A DNA stretch of 63,748 nucleotides, counting the filler, from Kipferlia bialata (lineage: Eukaryota): the NCBI GenBank assembly GCA_003568945.1. It is 5 parts of 4 records of this genome, joined end to end, with 100 filler letters (N's around TTAATTAATTAA, not from the genome) between each part and the next. Parts side by side here need not be neighbours in the genome. Positions count along the whole stretch, not along the records: positions 16,568 to 33,010 come from BDIP01000605.1; positions 33,111 to 49,549 come from BDIP01000606.1; 3 more parts are not named here. One strand, 5' to 3'. Under the pieces are notes generated by a model that saw nothing but the letters and a program-made list of their open reading frames with translations, made no database searches and was not told the DNA's origin. The position numbers and the translations under genes were made by a program. This document shows positions 27,076 to 39,500 of the stretch, one piece after another. Position 1 is the first letter of the stretch; each line of letters opens with the position of its first letter.

Positions 27076-27938
27076 TGTAGCTATTTGGCCAATCTGAGAG
27101 GAGAGGAGGCAGCATTCTCGGCTCCTAATTGTCACGACTGTCACAAGTTCCACACTGAGGGACACCGTACACCGTTCTTGGCGGTCCAGAAGAGTACCGC
27201 GAGTTACTAAACCTCGGTGTGGAATATGTTCCAAATACTCCAATCTCGAGGGACGAAATCATACCAACTTCAAAATGCTCTCTCTTGTCATCACTTCTTG
27301 AGGGAGTGGGTGATGTTGTGCTACAAGCCTGGGGCGCCCAAGCGGCGTGTACTGAGCCTTGACTTGTTAAGGGGCATTGCTGTGCTGTCCATGGAGTTTG
27401 GACACACACTGGGTATGTGTAATAGTATGGGTAGTGATCGTTGTGTATCCGGTATGCGTAGGTAGCAATATACCCCGTCATACACTGCAGCGTAGATCTA
27501 CATTGTTGGTATGGACTGGTTTACAAACGTGGGGAGGGGGAGTACGTACTATGTTTACACCATCCCCCTCCCCCCCCCCCCCCTATCCCCGCCCCCCCCC
27601 CCCCCCTCTTTTGGCCCTACACGCTTTGCATTCTGAATTGCATTCATTCATTTATATATGTGTGTTTATTTCCCCATCCAACTGATGCCACATTCATATC
27701 TCACTGTCAATTGCCCCTTTATGCTCTTCCCAGCCTGTTATCTCTCTCTCTTTGTACTCACCCTCTCTCTCTCTTTGTATTTCCCCTCTCCGTCACTTTG
27801 TATTTGTCCTCTCCATCTCTTTGTATTACCCCTCTCTCTGGCCACACCCATTGGGACTTCTCGTGTTCTCTAAGTCCCGCTCTCTATACATCCTCACTTC
27901 CAGAAGAGAGAGAGAGAGACAGACAGACAGATATCATT

Positions 27939-30900
27939 ATGGATGGTGAACCTTGGCACACCAGATGTTCCCTGGCCTGGGGTATGGGTGTGTGAATTGT
28001 GTATAGTGTATAGTATAGGGTGTATATACATTCTAGATACAGACTCACTGCACTGAATACATATATCTAGGTGTACGTACACTCATATTCTGTTTTTCAT
28101 ACTTATACCATGGTTTACGTATCACTGCTTCCCATTTCAGGTGTAAACTTCTTTAAAAAGAGGCCACGTGATCTGTCTCTGGTTACAATTGGTGAGAATA
28201 TATTATGTATATATACTCTATATATATACTCTATTTTTATAATACATATATATTAATGTATTCTGTATGTATATCATATATATATATAATATAGTAATAT
28301 GACAATATATATATAATATAATAATACATATATTATTTATAATACATATATATGATCTGTCGATTCTTACCATTGGTGGGTAGAGTGTATATTCGCCTAC
28401 AATGGTGTGGAGCAATATCTATTCTTACTTACTTATATTAGTTACTTTTCTAGCATGTATTCGTAATACACTCTATAGTAGTATAGTCATATGAGGGTAT
28501 ATGTATGTGTATGCCACTGATGACAGGCCTCAACACAACGAGGTAGCTATCATATATATAGTGTTGTAGTACAATACTGATCCTCTATATCCTCTATACT
28601 GTATGTATATATATATGCATGTCACTGATGACAGGCCACAACACTGCTATGTTGACATACACCATGCACAAGGGAGGGCCAAAGCAGGTACATATATACA
28701 TATATACATACATACATATATATATTGATGAATATATATATATGTATATATGCATGAATATTATACATTTGTGTATATAATGCTGACATCCACCATGCAC
28801 AAGGGAGGGCCTAAGCAGGTGTATTTATAGGTAAATATATATGTATGTGTGTGTGTGTGTGTGCATATATATATAAGTGTAAGTATATTTATACAATGAT
28901 GACATACACCATGCACAAGGGAGGCCCTTCTCAGGTATGAATATTGATATTTATATATATGTGTGCATATGTCTATATATATATGGAATATATATATACA
29001 ATACTGACATACACCATGCACAAAGGATGCCCAAAGCAGGTGCAAATGTGTTAATAATATTTCTCACAAATGTATCTATATATATATATCGATTACTATA
29101 TAATACAAAGAAGCATATATATGTATATATATATATCTCTCTATTCTTAGACATACAGCATCGCAGGGGAGGACCAAGGACATATATATCCACTTCAACC
29201 TATATATACATATATTCATATTCACACACTCTCTTATACATTTACACATACATATATGTTTTGGTATTATGTCCACTATTTGTGTATTATACACGTATTT
29301 ACCCCTAATGATGGTATCTGAGTCAAATATGTATCATTTACATACATATGTATGTGTATAGAATTCATATCCAGCGAATCCATATGTATATATATGCATA
29401 CATATATATTTGTATGTATGCGCATGTGCTGACACTCAGCTGTTTACTAAGCTTATTTCCATTCTTTAGATTTTTCATACATATTTTACCCCAGATCTGG
29501 AATGTCTTGACACTCGAAGAAGGGATACTCATAATATACATCTTTAACATCAGACACTAATGTCCACTGTTTGATTAATACATACATCTTTAACAGCAGA
29601 TCTGGAATGTCTTGACACTCGAAGAAGGGCAACTCAACAAGGTGGATATTCCAGGTGGAGACATGTCACAAATACTTATATATATATATATATACAACAA
29701 ATGTATGGAAATACTCTAACACCAGGCAACCCAGCAACCCCCAAGGGATCATGGACTAATATATATATATATATAGATGTATATGTGTATATACCAATAT
29801 AATCAAATTCCCTAACTTAAGGACCCAGCAACCCCCAAGGGATCATAGACATACAGTTATGCAGGGTGGGGGAGGTAGTTGTGGCATATGGGGGGCAGTT
29901 GCCGAAACGAGGGTAAGAGTGCACAATATGCACTGCCTATATACACATAGGTACATATTGGGTACAGTTGCCTACACGGACTGATGGGAGAACGTGTGCA
30001 TATACTAATGTATGTAAAAATGTTAATGGATATACATATACACTAATACTTAAGACTGTTGTGTCTCCCTGCTATATATATTATACTCATATATATATAT
30101 ATATATATATATATGCTGATTCTCTGTATAAATCCACGAGTAGTGGCATATGAGGACGTGTGATATATATATATATATGGCCTAATTCTTCTGACATACA
30201 GAGAGAGAGCGACTGTGGGAAGTCGCCTTCATAGATCCCATAGTGTCTGGTTTATGGCCATATACTCAATCGACTCAGATGAGTGGGAATTAGTTTCTTA
30301 CGCGGAGGGTCAGTGCCCTCAACCGCGTAGCTTTCCCCTTCTCTTTGCTGTCGAGGACACTATGGTAGTCACTGGGGCGGGTTCTGATACTATCAGCACT
30401 TCTGGTAGTATATTGAAGATGAAACCCAATGTGTTCCCGGAGGTATGTAGTACATAGTGCAATGACCACTCTATATATGATAGTCATCAATGTAAGTATG
30501 TATAGAGAGTTTCTATTCCATATATGTATATAGTGTGAATGAGAGAGGGAGAGAGAGACCCGTAGGTGCCGTCAGTTATTACATCACTATTTCTATCTCT
30601 GGGGGATCTAAGAGTGGTTTGGGGTGGTAACCTTATCCAGTACTGGCCGATACGAGTCTTTACATAGTGATTCTGACTTTGCTACTAACTATCAAGGTCT
30701 GTAGGTGTATACACTGATAGTATAGTACAGTATATTTCATTCTAGATACTAACTACCTAGGACAACTGGGAGTGGTCACTCGAGACCCCACTCTCTCTCT
30801 CGCTATATTTCATTCTATATATATACATTTAATATTATATTTTATATATCTATATTTGTATACATTCATATGTGGAGAACTAACTATTAGGACACTTGGG

Positions 30901-30939
30901 AGTGGTCACTGGATACTAGACCCCACTCTCTCTCTCTCG

Positions 30940-30989
<50 letters not shown>

Positions 30990-31059
30990 GTATGTATAGG
31001 ACTAACTATTAGGACACTTGGGAGTGGTCTCTGGAGACTAGACCACACTCTCTCTCTCG

Positions 31060-31092
<33 letters not shown>

Positions 31093-32556
31093 CATATATA
31101 TGTATAGTACTAACTATTAGGACACTTGGGAGTGGTCACTGGAGACTAGGCTCTGGACAGAGATTGATAAATGCCCTTCACACCTGAAGACCGTAGGTAC
31201 TCTCCCTCTCTATTGGTTGACGAACCATACTCTCTCCATACTATGTATTCGTCCTTCGACTGCTAGATACAAGGAATCATTGCATTGTCAGTCCCTCAGT
31301 ACACAACCCATGGAGTGTGAAGTTCGGTTTGGGTAGACATACCCTATTAATAGAGGCAGTGCGTTTGTAGCAGAATATTATATACACTGGTCTGTATAGG
31401 TGCTTGTTTGACACGTAGGTTGGAGCCACTGTGACTGTCGCCTCAGTAGAACTATGCTACGTCAAAGCGTGTCTTAAGTACTATTATGCTATCTATACAC
31501 TAGTGGGTATCACTACAATATTTCGTGTTTGACACATAGGAGTGACCCACGGAGACTGTCACCTCAGTATATACTTGTACCTGTATATTGTATAGTACTA
31601 CATACACTATTGTGTATTACTATGTATCCATATACAGTTTGACACATAGGCTTGACCCACGGAGACTGTCACCACATATACAGCAGAGGGCAGCACATAG
31701 TGTACAGGGGCAGGGAGACAACAGACACTGCGACAGAGAGAGAGAGAGAGACATGGTTGAGAGAGCCATGTGACATACCGCACGAGTCCTCTGTCATTGT
31801 GCCACTCTTCGGGGAACGCCAACTCAGGCAAGTAGGGATGAATATCGCGTACATACTATACAATTAGGGATCATTATCGCGTACATACTATAATTTTCAT
31901 CAATGCAGGTATGTATTTGGTGTGTGGTACACTGTGACCTTCTACTACCTGAACGAGTTCTGTGTAAGATAGCAGCAGTTGAAACACTCTTGGAGTACTC
32001 CCCTATGATATCACTCTCCTCTGATAATACTCTTCTATGATAGTACTCTCCTCTGATATTACTCTCTCTTCTCTATCGTGATGTCTTGTTTATGTCAGGA
32101 TTGCCAAGTATAGGACTGGTATGGCCCATAACGGTGTCAAGTGCCTCTATGTAAGTGTGTCTGACAACGTGGCGCACTCGTCTCTGTCTTATGCACCCAT
32201 TGGTATACTGAGACTGAGTCCGCCTCGGTGCCGTGACATCAACAGGTATTGATGTAGTATTGGTTAAGAATTGGTTTAGCATTGGCTTAGTATTGGTAGT
32301 ATATTGACTGAGTATTGGATGGCTATTGAATCATTCAATGAGTTCTAGTATAGGAAGTCAAAAGATTGTGTGCAAGGCCTTGAAGGAAATTATTGTGACC
32401 AATGACTAGGTCTTGTAAGTTTCTATTAGGTACTCTCTTATGACTAGGTCTTGTACAGTGATGCTCAACCCCTACACGATGCTCATTGTCTCTGGCAACA
32501 CGACGCTGCTGGTGGACATTGACCCCCGCCTCCTAGGCCCCGAGCCTATGATATAG
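27939..32556 (+). CDS. Kelch-type beta-propeller protein (divergent, probably lineage-expanded family); exon structure approximate
   Basis: Exons encode LCRVGEVVVAYGG, WFMAIYSIDSDEWELVSYAEGQCPQPRSFPLLFAVEDTMVVTG, DTWEWSLETRLWTEIDKCP and a terminal MLNPYTMLIVSGNTTLLVDIDPRLLGPEPMI*. Confidence 0.62.
28655..29180 (+). repeat. Five ~100-140-bp-spaced copies of accatgcacaagggagggcc(t/a)aagcag|gt (exon end plus donor)
   Basis: Copies near 28660, 28791, 28907, 29012 and a degenerate one near 29155, separated by (TA)n-rich spacers. Confidence 0.8.
30750..31150 (+). repeat. Four ~110-130-bp tandem units ending in actaactattag|gacacttgggagtggtcactggagactag (acceptor plus exon start)
   Basis: Copies near 30760, 30890, 31011 and 31120. 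Only the last continues into coding sequence (DTWEWSLETRLW). Confidence 0.88.
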
Positions 32557-32960
32557 ATCCTACACTCTAATGTTACCGTAGCACTCTATGATCACTGCAA
32601 TCAAGTGAGAGTCTGTGATTTGGGCTAAATGACTTAATAATTATGTGTCCTTCATATGAAATTGTTGCCCATTTAATGGTTTTGTTCTGTAGTGGTCTAC
32701 ACCAGCCCAAAGGATGATTAGTGATGGCCTCCAGTTCAATTCACTGTATACTGGGGATATCCAAAAGTTGCTCTGCAAAGTATAGTGGGCCTATATATCG
32801 ATTCCTCCCAACAAGTATACACTCTAAACCGGAGCAGGTTGTCCTAGGGCATTGAAAGACGCGCACTATCAGATGGGTACGCATATTCTTGCATTTTGAC
32901 ATAGTAATACAACCCCAAACGTCAATTTCCGACCGTTCATCGGAGAGACTTGACCGTATC

Positions 32961-33010
<50 letters not shown>

Positions 33011-33110
33011 NNNNNNNNNNNNNNNNNNNNNNNNNNNNNNNNNNNNNNNNNNNNTTAATTAATTAANNNNNNNNNNNNNNNNNNNNNNNNNNNNNNNNNN
33101 NNNNNNNNNN
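33011..33110. other. Artificial contig join (100-nt N spacer with TTAATTAATTAA linker)
   Basis: N run with linker at 33055-33066, preceded by poly-C. Confidence 0.95.
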
Positions 33111-33462
33111 TGTTGTCTGGGAGGAGAGGGTTGCCGTCCTTGTCGCTTAGGTGGACTTCCCTCTCAGTCAGAGGTCTGAAGTGTCGAGAGATTCAAACCC
33201 TTTTTCCATTTTTATACGAGTAGCGAGCCTGTCCCTTGACAAGTACATTCTTGAGTTGTGGGCAAAAGTAGATACTGAGGCACATTCAACAGGCCCTATG
33301 GTACTGAGTAGTGATAGTCTTATTGGTGTCTCTGGAAGGTAGGCCTGTGAGGCGTTTGGACCACTACGCGATAGGAGAAGGCAAAGGGTTTGTACCAAAA
33401 TGACAAAAATCACTGTGACCATCGGTTCTGTCTTCTTGCTCTCCTTACAACTTAACGAGCAT

Positions 33463-35750
33463 ATGTCGAGTGAAGAGGTGTCCCCGCCTGTGTTTGGCTT
33501 CCAAGCCGAGGACACGGAGGTAGAGAGAGAGAAGGACGTTCCCCAGATGGAGACTGTGGAGACAGAGAGAGAGGAGGAGAGAGAGGAGGAGGAGGCGCCT
33601 ACTCCCGAGGTCCAGGCTGAGTCCAAGACTGAGGCTAAGAGTGACACCAAGGGTGGTGTGGTTGGCCTTGCCCGGCACTACCTGCCCATGCTGCTGGATG
33701 CCTTCTTCACTGTGTTCAATGTCATCATGAGGCTGGAGCCATATGCACTGTGGGCATGGGGCAGGATGATGGTGGGTGTATATATATATATTGAAGATGT
33801 TGGCATGCTTACACGTGATTCATATGATATACTGGAGCCATATGCACTGTGGGCATGGGCCAAGATGCTGGTATGTGCGCGTGTATACGGGAGGATATAG
33901 TTAATATATATGTTGCGTCCCCCCCCCCCCCCCTCCCGGGAAAGCACTCTTCTCCCCACCCCATTTCACCCGCCTTCATCCTTTCTCTCTCTCCTTCTAT
34001 CCCCCCCCCCCTCTCTCTTATCTCCCCCACCTCCCCACTTTCTCTTTCACAGTGTTGTATTTGCCCCCATTTCCCCACTCTCAGGTTGTGTACAGCCTCC
34101 ATTTTCTCTCTCTCTCTGTCTCTCTCTCTGTCTCTCTCTCTCTCTCGCTACCCCCAGGTAGTGTACAAGAGGCTTGAGCCCTACCACCCCAAGGCCCTGC
34201 TTCAGATACTGACTGGTGTCACCTTGATGTTCTTTGGGGGGCAGTTCATGGTGACAGTGGCGCTCATCACTGCACTGCAGCAGGTACTTACCTTTACCTA
34301 TTCATATATGTATGGATCCTGAGTGTCTATGTATACAGACTACGCATGTACAGTTTGTGCATACTCTTACCCCCAGGGAGGTGGCAAGGAGTTGGTCCAG
34401 GGTGTGAGACAGCTCTACAACCAGGCAAAATCAGCAGCGGAGGTATGTATGTATCAATATACACGTATATACTCCTCTTACCAAGTGAAGCAACCACTTC
34501 AATTCCCTATCCTCTCTCTCTCTCTCTCTCTCTCTACCTCCCCCTCCTACCCCCAGGCCAAGGCCATCGATGACAAGGTGGACGATGACAACAACGGGGT
34601 GGCAGGTACAATAATATATCATTTATACTCTGTACTCTATACTATATCCTGTCTACTATTTTCTAACAAGTACTGAATATGATGGACGATGACAACAACG
34701 GGGTGGCAGGTGTGGATACATTCTACATACTACTAGATTCTATTTGCTATACTCTCTTCTCTGTCACCTCTGACCCCAGATGTGGAAGAGCTCTCTGCCA
34801 GTGGACGCCTTGCCCGGCGCACACTCCTGTTCCTCAGGTGGGGTCACTCTCTATCTCTATGAATATTAATATACATACGTATCTATCAGTATATATATAC
34901 ATACATGATAGGTGGAGTCACTCCCTCTCTCTTTCTGTTTGTCTCTTTCTCTATATATCTATCCATGTGATATTTATGTAAATCCATATATATCTATCTC
35001 ACCCCCAGGGTGTGTGACCCCCTTGTTGTGCAGACTGCCCTGAGGCACCTGTACACATCCATGCTGGCTGCAATGGCCACACTCAGGGTATAGCCCATAA
35101 TATATATTGTATACCGACATGGATAGATATGTATTTACATTATCCTTAATAGTGGCTGCAATGGCCACACTCAGGGTATGGGGGCATTGAAGTATTGTGT
35201 CTCTCTCCATCTCTCTCGCCCACCCCAGGTCAAGTTTGCCCGCACTGCCAGTCTGTCGCTCTCTCCCTCACTCTCACTCTCTCTCTCTTTCTCTCTCTCT
35301 CTCTCCGTCTCTCTACCTTCAGGTCAAGTTTGCCCGCACTGCCAGTCTGGGTGCCAGCATAGGCTCATACATCAACATACCAGTGCAGAGGTACATAGAT
35401 GAATAGTGTAGCACTCCAAGCATTTCTTCCTATGCACGCCTCACCCCAGGTACATCGTTCCCTCCTTGAAGGCAGTCACCCCCGATGAGTATGAGAGGTA
35501 TCTGCATCCATCACATAACCAGTGTCACTAACACTGTGGGTAGTAGGACATAGTATCAGTTGTAGTATTTAGGTACTAACCCCAGGTGGTATGCCCCCAT
35601 TGGCTCCTACATATGCAGGGTGGCTGGAGCATCCATTGCATTCACTATCCAGGTACACACATGAGAGACTATGTCTCTCTCTCTCTCCCTATGAATGCTA
35701 TTCATATCCTCTTTCATTATCTGCCTGGCTTGAGACCATCTCCACCGCTG

Positions 35751-35786
<36 letters not shown>

Positions 35787-36396
35787 TACCTCTCACCTTA
35801 GGCCTGGCTTGAGACCATCTCCACCGCTGTGTTTGGGGGTCACATGGCCATCAAGGGGTTCGGACACTTCATCAGAGGTGTGTATGCACATATATGTAAG
35901 CATGCACACAAATTCGTATATATATAACTTCATAAGAGGTGTGTATGCACAAGCACACACGTACATTATTGGTTTAGGGATAGTGTATCGACCACTATAT
36001 ATGTCAATATTTTTGTATACACATTTAGGATAACTACTCACTAGCAGCCCTCAACAAGCCCGAGCTGCTGTGGCTGACTGAGGGTGTGCTGGATGATGCC
36101 CTGGCATGGGTACTGGTGGCCATTGGTATATACGCACAGTTCTTTGTGCTGGGGAACATGCCCTTCATCCTGAGGTAGGGGATACTCGATTGAGTGTGGA
36201 GTTAAATTTTTTGTAACAGTACTATATACCACACAAGACTACTGTGATATACATAGTAACTAACCCTTCATCCGCAGGTAGGGTGGTGTGGTTTTATACC
36301 TATAGGCATATTTACATTGTCCACAAATATCTCACCCCCAGGCTACCCCTCATGCCGGTCTATACAGTGGAGACTGTGCTCAGGTGGTTTGTGTAG
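33463..36396 (+). CDS. Multi-pass membrane protein of unknown function with an acidic N-terminus
   Basis: About 12 exons splice in frame: ...ILTGVTLMFFGGQFMVTVALITAL, DDKVDDDNNGVADVEEL, DPLVVQTALRHLYTSMLAAMATLRVKFARTASLGASIG, LDDALAWVLVAIGIYAQFF...LPLMPVYTVETVLRWFV*. Resembles an uncharacterised protist membrane family (from memory, not searched). Confidence 0.8.
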
Positions 36397-36553
36397 GAGT
36401 TGGAAACAGACACAGAAGCTGTGGTTCTGAGTACTGTTAGTTTCGACCAGTAGTGTATTGGTAACTCTGAATAGACACTGTGTATAATTGAGAAATTTGC
36501 AGGATAAGAACGTTACCAACAACGATTTGATTCTATTGGACACCAGTCTCCCT

Positions 36554-39500
36554 CTACATGAATGCGGCCCTTAGATCCCCCACAGTGAGTGCGTCTGTCT
36601 CCACGGCTGCCCTGTCGACCGTGTCAAACACACTGCACACACTGGTACCCAGGGTGGGTCTGATAGGGGTGGGTCCAATGGGTGTCACACCCTCTGCACC
36701 CTCTGCACTAGGTGTGGCCACTTCGTCCACCCTACCCCTCGCACCCAGCCACAGCACAGCACCCTCTGTACCGGCACCAGCAGTGGGGGCAGGGGTGTCT
36801 GTACCTGCACCTGGCAGGCCATACGCACCCCACCAGGTGTCTGTTGTGAAGTCGGCATCCCTCCCGTGCAGCACAGAGAGTAAGGGGGAGGAGAGGGGCT
36901 GGGGGTGGGGGTGGGAGTCACCGGAGTCAGGGACAGAGAGTGACTCTACCACTGTGTGCACACTAGATGCCAGGATGGCAGCCTCTAAGGGCTGTAGGTA
37001 CGCCTCCCCACACCCAATCTCCTCATCGATGATACGGGTCAGAGCGTCGCTCCTACACTCCTCATCGTCTACATCCTCTCTCTCTCCCTCTCCCTCGTGT
37101 GTCTGTACATAGGCTAGTGCACGTGCAACAGCTACTGCAGATGCGACATACCCCCCCTTGAGCAGTGCTGCTACACTCCCCCCTGGCAGGCACCTCTCAC
37201 ACACTGCAGCATAGAGGGCAACCTGCTGGGGGACGGCTAGGCCATGGCCCGTCAGCCAGGGGGCCTGGGGGGTGAGTAACTAACAGAGCATGCATATATG
37301 AAGAGAGAGAGAGAAATGCGAAAGTCATAGCCAGTCAACCAGGGGGCTTGGGGGGTGAGGGGGAGGAATATATTGCATATAGAATATGAAGATATATACA
37401 TATACCCACCTGCATGGGTGTTCTGAGCAGTGCAGGAGTGAGCACAGCCACTGGGCCCTGGGGTGCGGCACGAGCCCTCTTCCTCTGTCTCTCTCTCTCC
37501 TTCTCTCTCTCCCTCTCCCTCTCTGCGTCTGTGGTATCAGTCGCCCTTGACCTAGGGGGACTGTCAAGGGTAGTCATCTTGTGCCTCTGTCTCTGCCTCT
37601 CCCACTCCTCACATGCCTTGACGTCCATCTCACCCTGCAGCCTACGCAGCAGCTCTGTGCCTGTCAGTGTAGTTGGTGCAGGAGCCGTGTCTCCCTGTGT
37701 CTGTGTACTGCTAGGAGGCACCACTGCTGCACATGTGAGTGCAGACACTGCCAACACGTCCTGTGCGGCAGAGGCTGAGGAGGAAGAGGCCATAGACAGA
37801 GACCTAGACAGCAACTGATACATGGACAATGGGAAGGGGGGGTGGTCGCCAGAGGCCTCTCTCTCCCTCTCCACCCTCTGCACATCCCCACTCGACTCCT
37901 CCTCAAACACAGCGGGTCTGGGCTTCCTCATCAGTCTGTACCCAGCTGGGGACAGGGCCTGGTCGAGGTCATCCATCCCTGACCTACCCGGGAGAGCCAG
38001 CTTGAGGTCGCTGTGGGTCTCCCTCTCCCTCTCCCTCGCCATGTGCTGTGCCCTTGCTAAGAGGACATCGCTACTGAGCAGGGGGTCAGGGCGGCTGCTC
38101 CCCCTCCTGCCCCTTGACACCGACCTACTCTGCCTGTCCCTCTCTCTCTCCCTCCCCTTGGTGGGGCCTGGGGGTGCCTGCCTCAGCCACTCCTTCAGCT
38201 GTGCTCTATCAGCCCTGTGGCTATGCCTCACAGGTCTAAGTGGTAAGGTATCTCTCTCTCTCTCTCTCTCTCTCTCTGTCATGCTAGTCTCCTCATAGGC
38301 ACTGTCCTCTCCCTCGTCATCATCCTCACCCCCTCCCAGGAGTGTGTCTACCAGAGGCTCTGCCCTCTCCCCTAGTAGTGCCATCTGCAAGGGGTGTAAT
38401 GCAGCCACCGAGGCCAGGGGTGCCTGGGGGTCTATCGGGTACTGGGGCAGGGCAAGGGATAGGGACAGGGGGTCTGACAGACTGTCTCCGTCCCTGTCCT
38501 CAGGGCGCATGCCGAGGCCGTGCTCAGTCCTAGTAGTGTCAGAATCAGTAGCATAACTAGCAGTATAAGTAAAAGTATATGGATCATACCTGGGCAGCAG
38601 GGTGCGAGGTGGGAAGAGGGCGGGTGAGAATGTGGTCACCGCTGACACGGCAGAGACCACCCCGTACAAGGGACCGAAGACAGAGGTCAGGCAGTTGCAG
38701 AGCCTGGTATTAGAAGTAAGCAACCACCAGAGTGAGAACTAATGTACTAATAGAGGTAGAATACATACACACACCCACCTTCCCGCCAGCCTTCCAGCAT
38801 ATAGAAGCATGTCTCTGCCCTCTCTCTCTCCCTGCTGCTCCCTCTGGTTGGACCAGCCTCTCTCTCTCTCCCTCCCTCCGAGGGTCTTGGTCTGCATAGG
38901 GGGAGAGAGAGAGGATGCAGACAGGGCATGGGCAGGCATGAGCCCAGCTGCCCTCTGCAGACATAGGTCGATCAGGTGCACAGCTGCAACCCTGGCAATC
39001 AGTATACGTAATTAATATAGTATATATAGTATATATCTATATATATATTATAATATAATATATATATATATATATATTATAGTGATATATACCTAGCTAT
39101 CTGACACACTACCGCATGGCACAGCGCGTCGCGCTTGCCCTCCCTCTCCTTCTCCTCCTGGGTCAGTCTCTCTCTCTCCCAGCCACCTGCCCTACTAGGA
39201 AGGGAGTTGCTGGGGGTGAGTGGGCAATCAGAAGAGAGAGAGAGAGAGACACTTACTGGGTATGTGTGTCACAGGGAGTAGGGAGACATAAACCATATAT
39301 ATATGCTAAGCATATAGTACACACCTAGGTGTGGGGCATGGGCTGGACACCACAGAGGGGGGCAGTACCATGGACAGAGAGTCCAGGGCAGCGGACTCAA
39401 TACCAAGCAGGGCCTAGGGTGAGAGAGGGAACACACGTAGTAGGGAAACAGGATACCGAAGTACCGGTATACATGAGTCCTCAACAAAGAGAGAGAGATG

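Noticed and set aside
17350..29560. Many short ORFs rich in YIYIYI, LSLSLS, CVCVC, poly-Pro or poly-Gly
   Set aside because: They are translations of intronic (TA)n, (CT)n, (TG)n and poly-C/G tracts, or antisense shadows of real exons.
28655..31700. Repeat-spacer arrays that superficially resemble CRISPR (about 30-bp repeats with 70-100-bp spacers)
   Set aside because: The repeats are degenerate copies of adjacent exon-intron junctions, the spacers are microsatellite-rich and partly similar to each other, the DNA is eukaryotic and no cas genes are present.
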